64,000 bases of DNA, from the NCBI GenBank assembly GCA_963717505.1, contig OY970342.1, positions 800,001 through 864,000 of the forward strand, given 5' to 3'. Both the position numbers and the translations under genes were made by a program. The stretch's first letter is position 1, and every line of letters starts with the position of its first letter. Below the pieces are notes generated by a model that saw only the letters and a program-made list of their open reading frames with translations, had not been told where the DNA came from and did no database searches. Positions 19,514 to 31,710 of this stretch are shown one piece after another. The DNA comes from Candidatus Eiseniibacteriota bacterium (GTDB lineage: Bacteria; Eisenbacteria; RBG-16-71-46).

Positions 19514-19570
19514 GGTCGTCCGCCCGCGCGGTCACCCCGGGTCAACGAACGGGCCATGTCGGCCGAGGGG

Positions 19571-20176
19571 TCATCCCTTTCGCTCGACGACCGGCCGCGG
19601 CATGTGCAGCACGTCGCGCACCCCGGCGTAGCCGTCGCCGCCGAGACGACCCAGCGGCCTGAGCTTGGCGACGTCGACCCGCCCGTCGGTCAGCACTTCG
19701 TCGGCGACGTGCGCGCGCAACATCTCGCCGACCACGAATGCCGCGTCGCCGAGTGCCACCTCCTGGAACAGCCGGCATTCGAGGCTGACCGGGGACTCGC
19801 CGACGCGCGGCGAGCGCACCAGGTCGGAAGCCACCGGCGTCAGCCCGGTGAGCTGGAATTCGTCGACCTCGGCCGGCCAATCGCCCGAGGTCCGAACCAT
19901 GCGCTCGCCCATTTCCTCGGTCACGGTATTGATGACGAAGTCGCCGGTCGCGCGAATGTTGTGCAGCGTGTCCTTGGGCTCGCCGCCGCGCAGGTTGATC
20001 GAAATGCCCAGCAACGGCGGACGGTTGGTGATGGCGTTGAAGTACGAGAACGGCGCGACGTTGAACTGCCCCGAGGGACCAATGGTCGAGACGAAGGCGA
20101 TCGGCCGCGGCACGACCACGCCGATCATGAACCGGTAGATGGCAGAAGGCGAGAGTGACTGCGGATCGAGAATCAT
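19571..20176 (-). CDS. Flavin reductase-like protein (DIM6/NTAB family)
   Basis: VVPRPIAFVST, NVAPFSYFN, KDTLHNI, LECRL, PLGRLGGDGY. Confidence 0.9.
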   Translation of the reverse strand: MILDPQSLSPSAIYRFMIGVVVPRPIAFVSTIGPSGQFNVAPFSYFNAITNRPPLLGISINLRGGEPKDTLHNIRATGDFVINTVTEEMGERMVRTSGDWPAEVDEFQLTGLTPVASDLVRSPRVGESPVSLECRLFQEVALGDAAFVVGEMLRAHVADEVLTDGRVDVAKLRPLGRLGGDGYAGVRDVLHMPRPVVERKG

Positions 20177-20248
20177 GGCCCGAGACTAGCACGGCCCCCG
20201 GCGTGCTATCGTTTCGGGCTCGTCGAGTTTCCTGCATCCGGAGGTGGA

Positions 20249-21004
20249 ATGATCCGTCCCCGACTCCTGCTTGCCGTGCTGGCGATCGCGATCGCGTCCA
20301 CTGCGCTCGCCCAGCCGGCCGACATGCCGCTGCCCATGTCCCGTTACATCTTCGGCCTGCTGCGCCGCGGTCCGGCCTGGACCGCCGAGCGCACCGCGCG
20401 CACCGACAGCATCCAGGCCGGACACATGGCGAACATCGGCCGTATGCACGGGGCGGGAGTCTTGCTCGCGGCGGGTCCGTTCGAAGACGGCGGCGACTGG
20501 CGCGGCATCTTCATCTTCCCCGCGGACTCGGCGGCGCGCATCCGCCAGATGGCAGCCGGCGACCCGGCGATCGCGAGCGGCCGGCTGGCGCTCGACTTGT
20601 ACCCTTGGTTCGCCCCGGCGGGGATCGGCGAACTGTATCGGCAGCGCGCCCAGCAACCCGGCCACCGCGACAGCATGTTCGCCACCCAGTTCGCGATGAT
20701 CCGGCGCGGGCCTCGCTGGAGCGCGACCCTCTCGCCCGAGGATCAGAAGATCCAGAGCGAGCACGTCGCGGGCATCTTCCGCATGCTGCTCGCCGGGCAG
20801 CTCGCAACCGGCGGACCTTTCCTCGACAACGCACCCGACTCGACGTTCGCCGGCATCTTCGTGTTCCGCGGCGACTCGGCCAGCGCCCGTTCGCTCGCGG
20901 CCGCCGACCCCGCGATCAAGGCCGGGCGGCTCGAGCTGGTCTGGAAGAAGTGGTGGGTCGGCTGGGGAACGTTCCCCGGCGACACGATGGCAGCCAGGCA
21001 GTAG
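20249..21004 (+). CDS. Exported tandem YciI-like domain protein
   Basis: Signal peptide; two repeats of H...(A/G)GPF...GIF(I/V)F...DPAI..GRL. Confidence 0.8.
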   Translation: MIRPRLLLAVLAIAIASTALAQPADMPLPMSRYIFGLLRRGPAWTAERTARTDSIQAGHMANIGRMHGAGVLLAAGPFEDGGDWRGIFIFPADSAARIRQMAAGDPAIASGRLALDLYPWFAPAGIGELYRQRAQQPGHRDSMFATQFAMIRRGPRWSATLSPEDQKIQSEHVAGIFRMLLAGQLATGGPFLDNAPDSTFAGIFVFRGDSASARSLAAADPAIKAGRLELVWKKWWVGWGTFPGDTMAARQ

Positions 21005-21018
21005 CGCGGGGGCCGAAC

Positions 21019-21558
21019 ATGCCGGGAACGCACGTGGCTCTACTGCGCGGCATCAACGTCGGGCGCGCCAAGCGGGTGGCAATGGCTGACCTGCGCGCTC
21101 TGGTCGAGGGCTTGGGCTTTGGCGACGTGCGCACGCTGCTCAACAGCGGCAACATCGCGTTCACCGTGCCGCGAGCCGCCAAGGGCGATCCCGCCCCCCG
21201 GATCGAGAAGGCGTTCGCCAAAGAGTTCGGCTTCTCCTCCCGGGTGACCGTGCTGACCGCCGCCGAGCTGGACGCGGTGGTCACCGGGAATCCGCTGGCC
21301 AAAGCCGGGCGGAACCCCTCGCGGCTCCTGGTCGCGGTGCTCACCGATCCCGCGGATCGCTCCAAACTCCAGCCCCTGTCGAAGAAGAACTGGACGCCCG
21401 AGGCGCTGGCGATCGGCAAGCGCGTCGCCTACCAGTGGTGCCCGGACGGCATGCTCGAGAGCCCGCTGACCGAGGAGGTGACCCGCGTCCTCGGCGATGG
21501 GCAGACCACGCGCAACTGGGCGACCCTGACCAAGCTCCACGCTCTGGTCGTGTCGTAG
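21019..21558 (+). CDS. DUF1697 family protein
   Basis: VALLRGINVG, DVRTLLNSGN, TTRNWATL; ATG at 21019. Confidence 0.9.
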   Translation: MPGTHVALLRGINVGRAKRVAMADLRALVEGLGFGDVRTLLNSGNIAFTVPRAAKGDPAPRIEKAFAKEFGFSSRVTVLTAAELDAVVTGNPLAKAGRNPSRLLVAVLTDPADRSKLQPLSKKNWTPEALAIGKRVAYQWCPDGMLESPLTEEVTRVLGDGQTTRNWATLTKLHALVVS

Positions 21559-21869
21559 GCCGAACTCTGCCTGCACCAGGAGTCCGCTGTCGCGGAAGAA
21601 GTGGGGCCGGCGACCAACTGTTCCGAGTCGGTCAGCACCCTGCCAGCGGATGGTGAAGCAACCGGGTGTGACTACCCACCGGCGTCGCCGGTCGCGGGGT
21701 TGTCCGCGCTCGGCCCGCTGAGCCTTTCCCGAGTGCAACCTCGGATAGGCTTCCACCGTCAAAGCGACAATCCGGGGTGTCCCGCAACGAGTAGCCCGTC
21801 CGGTTCATCCCGGCGTGCCGCCGGCGCATGACCCCCCGACGTTTCGCACCGGGGAGGAGGGTCGCCCCC

Positions 21870-23162
21870 ATGGAAGGTCTCAACGGCGAAGTCGGCGCAC
21901 TGCTCGAGGAACTCGCGGTGCTGCGCGCACGCGTCGCCGAGCTGGAGCAATGGAACGGGGCCGCCGAGCGCGCCGCCGAGGCGTTGAGCCGGAGCGACCA
22001 GAGCTTGAGGCGCGTGTTCGATCACTCGAACGACGGCATCTTCATCGTCGACCCCACAGCGGATCGCATCGTCGACGTCAACCAGCGTGCCTGCACGATG
22101 CTCGGCTACACACGCGAAGAGATACTGGCCCGGCCGATGTCGTGCGTGCACCCGGACGACTCGCCCAAGCTCGACGCGTTCACCGAGCAGGTCCTGGCCG
22201 AGGGCGCCGGCTGGACGCGCGAGTTGTCGTGCGTCACCAAATCCGGGGTTCGGATCCCCTCCGAAATCTCAGCGTCGGTGCTCGAGTCGGGCGCCAATCG
22301 GTACGTGATCGCCCTGGTGCGCGACATCAGCGAGCGCAAGCGCGCCGAGGAGGAGCTGCTGCGCGCCAATCGCCGAATGCGCGCCGACCTCGACGCCGCG
22401 GCCGAGGTCCAGGAGTCCCTTCTGCCGGCACCGACGATCGAGATTCCCGGACTCGAAGTCGGCTGGCAGGTACGACCGAGCGAGCGGCTCGGCGGCGATC
22501 TACTGGACCTCTACCGCGTCGACGACGAGCACGTCGGCATGTACGTGGTCGACGTCAGTGGCCACGGTGTCTCGGCCGCCATGCTGTCGATCGCGATCCA
22601 GCGCGTATTGTCGCAGTCCGCGGTCGAGGCGCCGATGTTCAACGGATACCGCGGGAGCAATCCCGACGCGGGCGGCGGGCTGACTCGGCCGTCCGAGGTC
22701 TGCCGGCGGTTGAACACCATGTTCCCGCGCAACCCGATCACCGGCCAGTACTGCACGCTGATCTACGGCGTCTACAACCTGCGCACGCACGTGTTCCGCT
22801 TCTCGAGCGCCGGGCACTCGCCGCCGATCCTGGTGACCCCCGACGGCAGGGCCCAGGAACTGGTATTGCCCGGCGCTCCGATCGGGCTGTGGCCCGATTC
22901 GGAATTCGAGGAGATGGAGGTCGCGGTGCCGCCCGGGAGCCGGATCTATCTCTACTCGGACGGAATCCTCGACGTGTTCGGCCCGGAAGGCGATCCCTAT
23001 GGCGTCGAGCGTCTGTTGGGCGAGGCCACCGAGCTGCGCGGCCACGACGTGCGCACCTGTGTCACCCGGCTGATCGAGGGGGCACTGGCGTGGAACGCGG
23101 GGCTGGTGCCGCTCGACGATATCTCGCTCCTGGCGTTCGAAGCGGGCATCCGCGTGGACTGA
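21870..23162 (+). CDS. PAS-domain SpoIIE/PP2C-family serine phosphatase (RsbU-like)
   Basis: GGAGGAGG RBS; PAS (DVNQRAC..LGYTREE, VRDISERK); GGDL, DVSGHG, AGH, YSDG and DDIS motifs. Confidence 0.92.
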   Translation: MEGLNGEVGALLEELAVLRARVAELEQWNGAAERAAEALSRSDQSLRRVFDHSNDGIFIVDPTADRIVDVNQRACTMLGYTREEILARPMSCVHPDDSPKLDAFTEQVLAEGAGWTRELSCVTKSGVRIPSEISASVLESGANRYVIALVRDISERKRAEEELLRANRRMRADLDAAAEVQESLLPAPTIEIPGLEVGWQVRPSERLGGDLLDLYRVDDEHVGMYVVDVSGHGVSAAMLSIAIQRVLSQSAVEAPMFNGYRGSNPDAGGGLTRPSEVCRRLNTMFPRNPITGQYCTLIYGVYNLRTHVFRFSSAGHSPPILVTPDGRAQELVLPGAPIGLWPDSEFEEMEVAVPPGSRIYLYSDGILDVFGPEGDPYGVERLLGEATELRGHDVRTCVTRLIEGALAWNAGLVPLDDISLLAFEAGIRVD

Positions 23163-23208
23163 AGCCGGTTCCCGGCCGGCGGGGCGGGGTCTGCTAGCAT
23201 CGCCGGCC

Positions 23209-26200
23209 GTGCTCTCCGCTCCTACATTCGAGTTCCACGTCACCCGCGAGGCCCGTGTCCGCTACGGCCTCGACCAACCCTGGTTCGCGCTGAGCGGCAA
23301 CGTCCTGCTCGGCGACCTCGCCGCATCGCGCCAGCTCGCCCACCGGATGACGCAGGAGCGCGCGGCCGCCGGCGGCGACCCGACTCCCGCGGGCGACCTG
23401 CACGCGATGGGGCTCATCGACGAGGTCCTCCACTTCGTCTGCGGGCTCTATCGCACCCAGGTCGCAGGCGACGCATTCAGCCGCGCGTTGGCATTCGTCG
23501 AGCAGAGCGTCGGACGCGAGGCGGTGGCCACGCTGCTGGCGCGGTTCGTCGAGCGATTCCCGCCGCTCGCGGTTCATCGCGGCGAGGTCGACGGGTCGGC
23601 GTGGCTGGCCGGCCGCTCGGGCACTGTCGGCCACCGCGAGGTGGCTCTCGAAGAGCTGTTGATGCTGTGGCTGGCGAACGCTAATCCTGCGTTCGCGCCG
23701 TTTCTCGAGCTGTTCGACGACGAAGCGCTCGCGGGCGCCGGCTATCCGGAAGCGATCGCGGCACTGCGAGATCACTTCGCGAATCAGCCTGGGTTTGGAC
23801 CCGACGATCAGCCCCTGCCCGACATGCTGCAGGCCCCGGCTCTCGCGTCTCCCCACTCGCTCGCCGGCCAGCTCGAGTTCATCCGCACGCATTGGGGGCA
23901 TCTGCTCGGCGACCTTCTCGACAAGCTGCTCCTGGCACTCGACGTCATTCAGGAGGAGGAGCGCGCGCGCCAGCTGCGGCTCGCGGGCGACGCGGCGCTC
24001 AAGGGACGCGCTCCGGTCGTGGACTTTCGCGGCGATGCCGCCGAGCCCGAGCGCTTCAGTCCCGATCGCGACTGGATGCCGCGGGTCGTGCTCATGGCCA
24101 AGAGTACCCACGTGTGGATGGATCAGCTCTCGCGTGCGTACGGACGCACCATCAACCGAATCGATCAGATCCCCGACGAAGAGCTGGATCGCCTCGCGCG
24201 CTGGGGGATTTCCGGACTGTGGCTCATTGGACTCTGGGAACGCAGCCCGGCGTCGCAGCGCATCAAGCAGCTGTGCGGCAATCCCGATGCCGCTGCCTCG
24301 GCCTACTCTCTGCGCGACTACACGATCGCCGACGACGTCGGCGGCGACGCCGCGTGGGCGAACCTCAAGGACCGCGCGTGGCAGCGTGGTATTCGCCTGG
24401 CGAGCGACATGGTCCCCAACCACATGGGGATCGACTCACGCTGGGTGATCGAGCACCCGCACTGGTTCCTGTCGGCGCCGCATCCGCCCTACCCGTCGTA
24501 CACGTTCCACGGGCCCGACCTGTCGCCGGACTCGCGCGTCGGGATTCACCTGGAAGACCACTACTACGATCGCTCCGATGCCGCGGTGGTGTTCATGCGC
24601 GTCGACCGTGGATCGGGTGAGACGCGCTTTATCTACCACGGCAACGACGGCACGCAGATGCCGTGGAACGACACGGCACAGCTCGACTACCTGAATCCCG
24701 AAGTGCGCGAGGGCGTGATCCAGACCATCCTGCACGTCGCGCGCAAGTTCCCGATCATCCGCTTCGATGCCGCCATGACCCTCGCCCGCAAGCATTTCCA
24801 GCGGCTGTGGTTCCCCGAGCCCGGGACTGGCGGCGGCATTCCGTCGCGCGCCGAGCGCGGCATGAGTCGCGCCGAGTTCGAGGCGGCGATGCCGGTTGAG
24901 TTCTGGCGTGAGGTGGTCGATCGGGTCGCCGTCGAGGTGCCCGACACGCTGCTGCTGGCCGAGGCGTTCTGGCTGATGGAAGGCTACTTCGTGCGCACGC
25001 TGGGAATGCACCGCGTTTACAACAGCGCGTTCATGAACATGCTGCGCGACGAGGACAACGCCAACTACCGGAGCGTGATCCGCAACACCATCGAGTTCGA
25101 CCCGCAGGTGCTCAAGCGCTACGTCAACTTCATGAACAACCCCGACGAGCGCACGGCGGTCGATCAGTTCGGCAAGGGCGACAAGTACCTGGGCGTGTGC
25201 ACGCTGATGGCGACGCTGCCCGGCCTGCCGATGTTCGGCCACGGCCAGGTCGAAGGGTTCACGGAGAAGTACGGCATGGAGTTCCGCCGCGCCTCGCGCG
25301 ACGAAGAGCCAGACCGCGGACTGGTCGAGCGCCATGAGCGCGAGATCTTCCCCCTCCTCCACCGCCGGCACGTGTTCGCCGACGCCGGCGAATTTCGACT
25401 CTACGATCTGTTTGCGGACGGCGGCCACGTGAACGAGGACGTATTCGCGTACTCGAATCGCAGCGGCGATGAGCGGGCACTGGTCGTATACAACAATCGG
25501 TACGCCGAGGCGTCGGGGTGGATCCGCGAGTCGGCGGCGTTCGCGGTCAAGGCCGGCGACGGCAAGGAGCTGCGCCGGTCGACGCTGGCGGCTTCGCTCG
25601 GATTGGGCCGTGATGCCGATCTCTACTGCGTGTTCCGCGACCTGAGATCCGGTCAGGAGTTCGTCCGCGGCTCGCGCGAGCTGCACGACCGCGGACTGCA
25701 CGTCCAGCTCGGAGCCTACGGCTGTCGCGTGTATCTGGACTTCCGCGAGGTGCGGGATTCCGAGGCCGAACCGTGGGCCGAGGTTGCGCGCGAGCTATCG
25801 GGCGCCGGCACGCTGAGCACCGCCGCGATGCTGCGCGACATTCGTCTGCGACCGATCACGTTCGCGTTGGCGGCGCTCCTCGAGCCGGTAATGCTGGAGC
25901 GGCTCTTGGCAGGCACCGGGAAGCGCGCACCCGACCTGGATGAAGCAACCCGGCGATTCGCCCGGTTGGTGTCGGCTTCCCGGCACGAGGCCGGCGTATC
26001 CGGCGACGACGCTGAGGCTGCGGACCGGTTCCGTCGCACGATCGAGCGTCTTCTGGGTCCGTCGCGTTCACCCATCCCGAGGGTTCCTCGGGGTAGGGCG
26101 GCCGGCAAGACACCGGCGGCAGCAGCTCCTCGACCCGTTGCTGATGATTCCAAGAACGCAAATCAGGCGCTGTTGCTCGCGTGCGTGGCCCTCATCGAAC

Positions 26201-26661
26201 TCGAGCGGTCGCTCCCCCGCGACACGGCGTGGGCGGCTGACTGGAGTCTGAGCCGTGTGATCGAGACGGCGCTGACCCGCCTCGGGGTCGAGCCCTGGCG
26301 GGCGGCGCGTTCTGCGCGCAACGCCGTGGTCATCGCGTCCGAGGCACCGGCCTTTCTGAACGTCGCGCGCCAGCCGGCGGACGCGGGCGCTCTCGTCGCG
26401 CGTTGGCGGGAATCCGACGTCATTCGCGACGCCCTAGGGGTGAACCACCACGAGGGCACCTGGTGGTTCGGCAAGGAGGCGAGCGAGGAACTCCTGGAGA
26501 CGCTCGTTGCGGTCATCGCCCTTGGCGCCGACTCCGCGGACACTCAGGCCGCACGACGGCTGGCGTCCGGTTTGGCGGCCGCTGCAGAGAAAGCGGGCTA
26601 CCGCTTTGACGACTGGAGCGTGTTAGACCCGCCTAACACAACTCGCTCCGGAGCGAGTTGA
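23209..26661 (+). CDS. Large GH13 alpha-amylase-family glycoside hydrolase
   Basis: DMVPNH, WNDTAQL, IRFDAAM (nucleophile), LAEAFW (acid/base), FMNNPDE. Confidence 0.9.
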   Translation: MLSAPTFEFHVTREARVRYGLDQPWFALSGNVLLGDLAASRQLAHRMTQERAAAGGDPTPAGDLHAMGLIDEVLHFVCGLYRTQVAGDAFSRALAFVEQSVGREAVATLLARFVERFPPLAVHRGEVDGSAWLAGRSGTVGHREVALEELLMLWLANANPAFAPFLELFDDEALAGAGYPEAIAALRDHFANQPGFGPDDQPLPDMLQAPALASPHSLAGQLEFIRTHWGHLLGDLLDKLLLALDVIQEEERARQLRLAGDAALKGRAPVVDFRGDAAEPERFSPDRDWMPRVVLMAKSTHVWMDQLSRAYGRTINRIDQIPDEELDRLARWGISGLWLIGLWERSPASQRIKQLCGNPDAAASAYSLRDYTIADDVGGDAAWANLKDRAWQRGIRLASDMVPNHMGIDSRWVIEHPHWFLSAPHPPYPSYTFHGPDLSPDSRVGIHLEDHYYDRSDAAVVFMRVDRGSGETRFIYHGNDGTQMPWNDTAQLDYLNPEVREGVIQTILHVARKFPIIRFDAAMTLARKHFQRLWFPEPGTGGGIPSRAERGMSRAEFEAAMPVEFWREVVDRVAVEVPDTLLLAEAFWLMEGYFVRTLGMHRVYNSAFMNMLRDEDNANYRSVIRNTIEFDPQVLKRYVNFMNNPDERTAVDQFGKGDKYLGVCTLMATLPGLPMFGHGQVEGFTEKYGMEFRRASRDEEPDRGLVERHEREIFPLLHRRHVFADAGEFRLYDLFADGGHVNEDVFAYSNRSGDERALVVYNNRYAEASGWIRESAAFAVKAGDGKELRRSTLAASLGLGRDADLYCVFRDLRSGQEFVRGSRELHDRGLHVQLGAYGCRVYLDFREVRDSEAEPWAEVARELSGAGTLSTAAMLRDIRLRPITFALAALLEPVMLERLLAGTGKRAPDLDEATRRFARLVSASRHEAGVSGDDAEAADRFRRTIERLLGPSRSPIPRVPRGRAAGKTPAAAAPRPVADDSKNANQALLLACVALIELERSLPRDTAWAADWSLSRVIETALTRLGVEPWRAARSARNAVVIASEAPAFLNVARQPADAGALVARWRESDVIRDALGVNHHEGTWWFGKEASEELLETLVAVIALGADSADTQAARRLASGLAAAAEKAGYRFDDWSVLDPPNTTRSGAS

Positions 26662-26732
26662 TGTGGATAACTTTGGCACCGGCGAGCATGGTGGCCTGAT
26701 CGGCTTCGGCGAGCAGCCGGCGCGATCCGCGG

Positions 26733-27650
26733 TCAACGCAGGTAGTGCTTGTCCTTCTCCCCCGCCTTGATCGCGACCTTGAGCTGGTTGGCCTTCGGCG
26801 GAATCGGGCAGTTGTAGTGGTCCGAGTAGGCGCACGCCGGGTTGTAGGCCATATTGAAATCAATCACGAAATCGCCGCCAGGCAGCGCCACCGGATCGAT
26901 GTAGCGACCGACCCCGTAGGACTCCTTTCCACTCGTCTTGTCGCGGAAGAACACGCTGAAGTTCTTCTCGCCGACTCCCGGCTCCAGCAAACGAGAAGCT
27001 TCGAGACGGCACGACTTGCCCTCGACTTTGAAGTCGAACCACCCGACGCGCACCGCGCGGCGCAGGTTGCCGCGGGTCGACTGAATGATCACGGTGTCGG
27101 GGCTCGGGTTCGGAGTCAGTGGCAGCTCGAAGCGATACTCGAGGTCGGCTGGGAACCAATCCATGCCCTTGAAGTCGGCGTAGCGCGGACTCTTGGGGTC
27201 GAACACGATGATCCCGGGGAAGCGCTGGTGCGAGAGCCGCAGCGCATAGCGCCCGACGCTGATCCGGCTTGGCTCCACCATCCCCGAGCGCAGCGTGTCC
27301 TTGCCGGACACGAACGTCGCGCCTTCGTCGATCCCCTCGACACGGAACGAATCTCCGACCACGGTGACCCGCAGGTGCTGCGGCGCGATCGCCGGATCGT
27401 CGAGTTGCAGGTCGCTGCCCTTGGCGCTGCCAATGGTCAGCGACGTCTTGTTCTCGAAGTCGCGGCGGTCCACGGTCGCGAGGTACGAGGTCGGAGAAGT
27501 CTTGAGCCACTCGACTGTGTCGGTGCGGTCTTTCGCTATTGCCGCAAGGATCGAGTCCTGTTCAGCCTTGGATGGTTTCGCTTCGGCCGCGGCCGCAGGC
27601 AGCGCGATCGCGGCCAGCAGCAGTGTCGTCATGAGCCGGGTCGTGCGCAT
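26733..27650 (-). CDS. DUF1684 family exported protein
   Basis: Signal peptide from ATG 27650; FFRDKTSGKESYGVGRY, IDFNMAYNPACAYSDHYNCPIPP..N.L...IKAGEK. Confidence 0.9.
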   Translation of the reverse strand: MRTTRLMTTLLLAAIALPAAAAEAKPSKAEQDSILAAIAKDRTDTVEWLKTSPTSYLATVDRRDFENKTSLTIGSAKGSDLQLDDPAIAPQHLRVTVVGDSFRVEGIDEGATFVSGKDTLRSGMVEPSRISVGRYALRLSHQRFPGIIVFDPKSPRYADFKGMDWFPADLEYRFELPLTPNPSPDTVIIQSTRGNLRRAVRVGWFDFKVEGKSCRLEASRLLEPGVGEKNFSVFFRDKTSGKESYGVGRYIDPVALPGGDFVIDFNMAYNPACAYSDHYNCPIPPKANQLKVAIKAGEKDKHYLR

Positions 27651-27682
27651 ACTTTGTTCTCCTGGGGTCCGGCCGGTCATCT

Positions 27683-29644
<1,962 letters not shown>

Positions 29645-29768
29645 GGCGAGTCTCCTGGGCGGATGCGCGACAAAGAGCCCGCAGTCTAGCAGGGCCCATG
29701 TCGAGTCGACCACGCCGGAGGCATGACCAAGACTCGTGGTCATATGACCACCGCCTTGGGTCGAAGTG

Positions 29769-30263
29769 CTAGGGCATGCTGACGGCCGGCTTCACGGCCC
29801 CGCGATGACAGGTCGTGCAGTTGATCCCCGGTTTCTCGCTGTCGAGATTCGGAATCTTCGTAAGGCTGTCGTTGATCGCGTGCATGAACTTCCACATGTC
29901 GCGCGCCACCTGCTTCGGCCGCCGGTCTTCCTTCTCCCACTCACCGACCACGTGGCAGTGCTTGCAGCCGACGCCGAGGCTGCCGCCGAAGGCGATGTTC
30001 ATGATGCGCAGCATGCGCCCGGCGGGCATGCCTTTGAACACCCGGATGTCCTTGAACACGCTCTCGGCCGGCGCATTCTCGCGCCCGGCGATCTTCGCCA
30101 GCACGACCTTCATCAGGCTGTCGCGCTCGGCGGCGGCGGTGTCGCGGGGCGCCGCCGGCAGAGCGGGGTTGGCTGGGCTTTGTTGCGAGATGGTTTCGTC
30201 AGCGCTCAGCGCGAAGAGCGCGGCGAGCCCGACGGCGGCAACAGCGATGACCGGGCGGTTCAT
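29769..30263 (-). CDS. Exported diheme c-type cytochrome (reaction-centre cytochrome c subunit-like)
   Basis: Signal peptide; [20 protein letters not shown] and CTTCHRG heme motifs. Confidence 0.85.
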   Translation of the reverse strand: MNRPVIAVAAVGLAALFALSADETISQQSPANPALPAAPRDTAAAERDSLMKVVLAKIAGRENAPAESVFKDIRVFKGMPAGRMLRIMNIAFGGSLGVGCKHCHVVGEWEKEDRRPKQVARDMWKFMHAINDSLTKIPNLDSEKPGINCTTCHRGAVKPAVSMP

Positions 30264-30288
30264 GACTCGACGGGCGAGCCCGGGCGGC

Positions 30289-31545
30289 CTACGCCCGCTC
30301 CTCCCACACCTTCGCGATCGCCACGATCACCTCGGCCGCCTTCTCCATGTCCTGCGCCGAAACCCATTCGAGGCGCGAGTGGAAGTTCTGCTCGCCGGCG
30401 AACACGTTCGGCGTCGGCAGGCCCATGAAACTCAGGCGCGACCCGTCGGTGCCGCCGCGGATCGGCTTCTCGCGCACTTCCAGGCCAATCCGGCGAATTG
30501 CCTCGCGGGCATTCTCCGCAATGTGCGGATCCCGATCGAGCACTTCCTTCATGTTGCGGTACGACTCCTTGACCTCGGTCTTCACCGTCACGCCCGCCCA
30601 CGCCGCCGCGGTCTCCTTTGCCAGCTTCTCGAGGAACGCTTCCTTCTCGTGCAACCCCGGGGTCGTGAAGTCACGGATCAGGAACTTGACCGAGGTCCGG
30701 TCGACAGCAGCCTCGACCACGTATGGGTGCACGAAGCCTTCGCGATCGCTCGTCCGCTCGGGCGACAGCCGATCCTTGGGCAGCCGGTTCACGAAGTCGG
30801 CGGCAACCTTGATCGAGTTGACCATCGTGTCCTTTGCGTAGCCCGGATGGGTGTTGCGGCCCTGAAAGGTCACGGTCATCGAGTCCGCCGAGAAGGTCTC
30901 GACTTCCAGCTCGCCGCGCTCACCGCCGTCCATGGTGTAGGCAGCCACGGCGCCGAACTTCTTGACGTCGAAGTAGGTGGGGCCGCCGCCGACTTCCTCG
31001 TCGGGTGTGAAGCCGATGCGAATCGCGCCGTGCGGAATCTCCGGGTGCTGCACGAGATACTCGGCGGCCGCGACGATCGCCGCTACACCCGACTTGTTGT
31101 CAGCGCCGAGCAGCGTGGTTCCCGACGCGGTCACGATGTCGTCGCCGATCCGCTCGCGCAGGTACGGATTCTCCGATACGCGCAGCACTGCGGTCGGATC
31201 ATCGGGCAGGACGATGTCGCCACCCTGCCAGTTGCGATGGACTATCGGCTTGACCCCGGCCCCGCTCATCTCGGGCGAGGTGTCGACGTGGGCGGCGAAG
31301 CCAATCACCGGCACGTTCTTCTTCTTGCTGGTCGCCGGGATGGTGGCCATGACGTAGCCATGTTCGTCGCGCACGACATCGGCCAGGCCAACTTCCTTGA
31401 GCTCAGCCGCGAGCTGGTCCAGCAGGACGAGTTGCTTGAGCGTGCTGGGGTAAGTCTTGGAGCCCTCGGCGGACTGGGTGTCGACGGTGACGTAGCGAAG
31501 GAAGCGCTCGAGCACGGAGGTCTTGAGCGATGTGGTGGTGGTCAT
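30289..31545 (-). CDS. pepT: Peptidase T (M20B tripeptidase)
   Basis: ERFLRYV..DTQS, HVDTS, LLGADNK, FTPDEE, HPGYAK, PIRGGTDG, NFHS. Confidence 0.95.
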   Translation of the reverse strand: MTTTTSLKTSVLERFLRYVTVDTQSAEGSKTYPSTLKQLVLLDQLAAELKEVGLADVVRDEHGYVMATIPATSKKKNVPVIGFAAHVDTSPEMSGAGVKPIVHRNWQGGDIVLPDDPTAVLRVSENPYLRERIGDDIVTASGTTLLGADNKSGVAAIVAAAEYLVQHPEIPHGAIRIGFTPDEEVGGGPTYFDVKKFGAVAAYTMDGGERGELEVETFSADSMTVTFQGRNTHPGYAKDTMVNSIKVAADFVNRLPKDRLSPERTSDREGFVHPYVVEAAVDRTSVKFLIRDFTTPGLHEKEAFLEKLAKETAAAWAGVTVKTEVKESYRNMKEVLDRDPHIAENAREAIRRIGLEVREKPIRGGTDGSRLSFMGLPTPNVFAGEQNFHSRLEWVSAQDMEKAAEVIVAIAKVWEERA

Positions 31546-31656
31546 GGCGAAGGCTCCTGGCAAGGGTCGCGTGGGTCGGAATCGACCCCGAACGATATCC
31601 GCGCGCCCTGTCGCCGGGCAACGTGGAGCGCCCCCCCAAGACCGGCGCCGGAAACC

Positions 31657-31688
31657 AAAAACCGCGCGCCCGTGAATCGGGCGCGCGG
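31657..31688 (-). terminator. Rho-independent terminator downstream of the anti-sigma-like gene
   Basis: 11-bp stem CCGCGCGCCCG/CGGGCGCGCGG with a 5-nt loop, followed by a T-tract on the minus strand. Confidence 0.8.
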
Positions 31689-31710
31689 CTCGGCCGAAAC
31701 TTGCTGGGAA

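Noticed and set aside
26622-26637. GTTAGAC and GCCTAAC resembling integron attC core sites
   Set aside because: Wrong order and spacing for an attC, no closing GTTRRRY seen, and no integrase or cassette array.
26662-26670. DnaA box as a sign of oriC
   Set aside because: Single box, no AT-rich unwinding element, and no dnaA/dnaN/gidA context.
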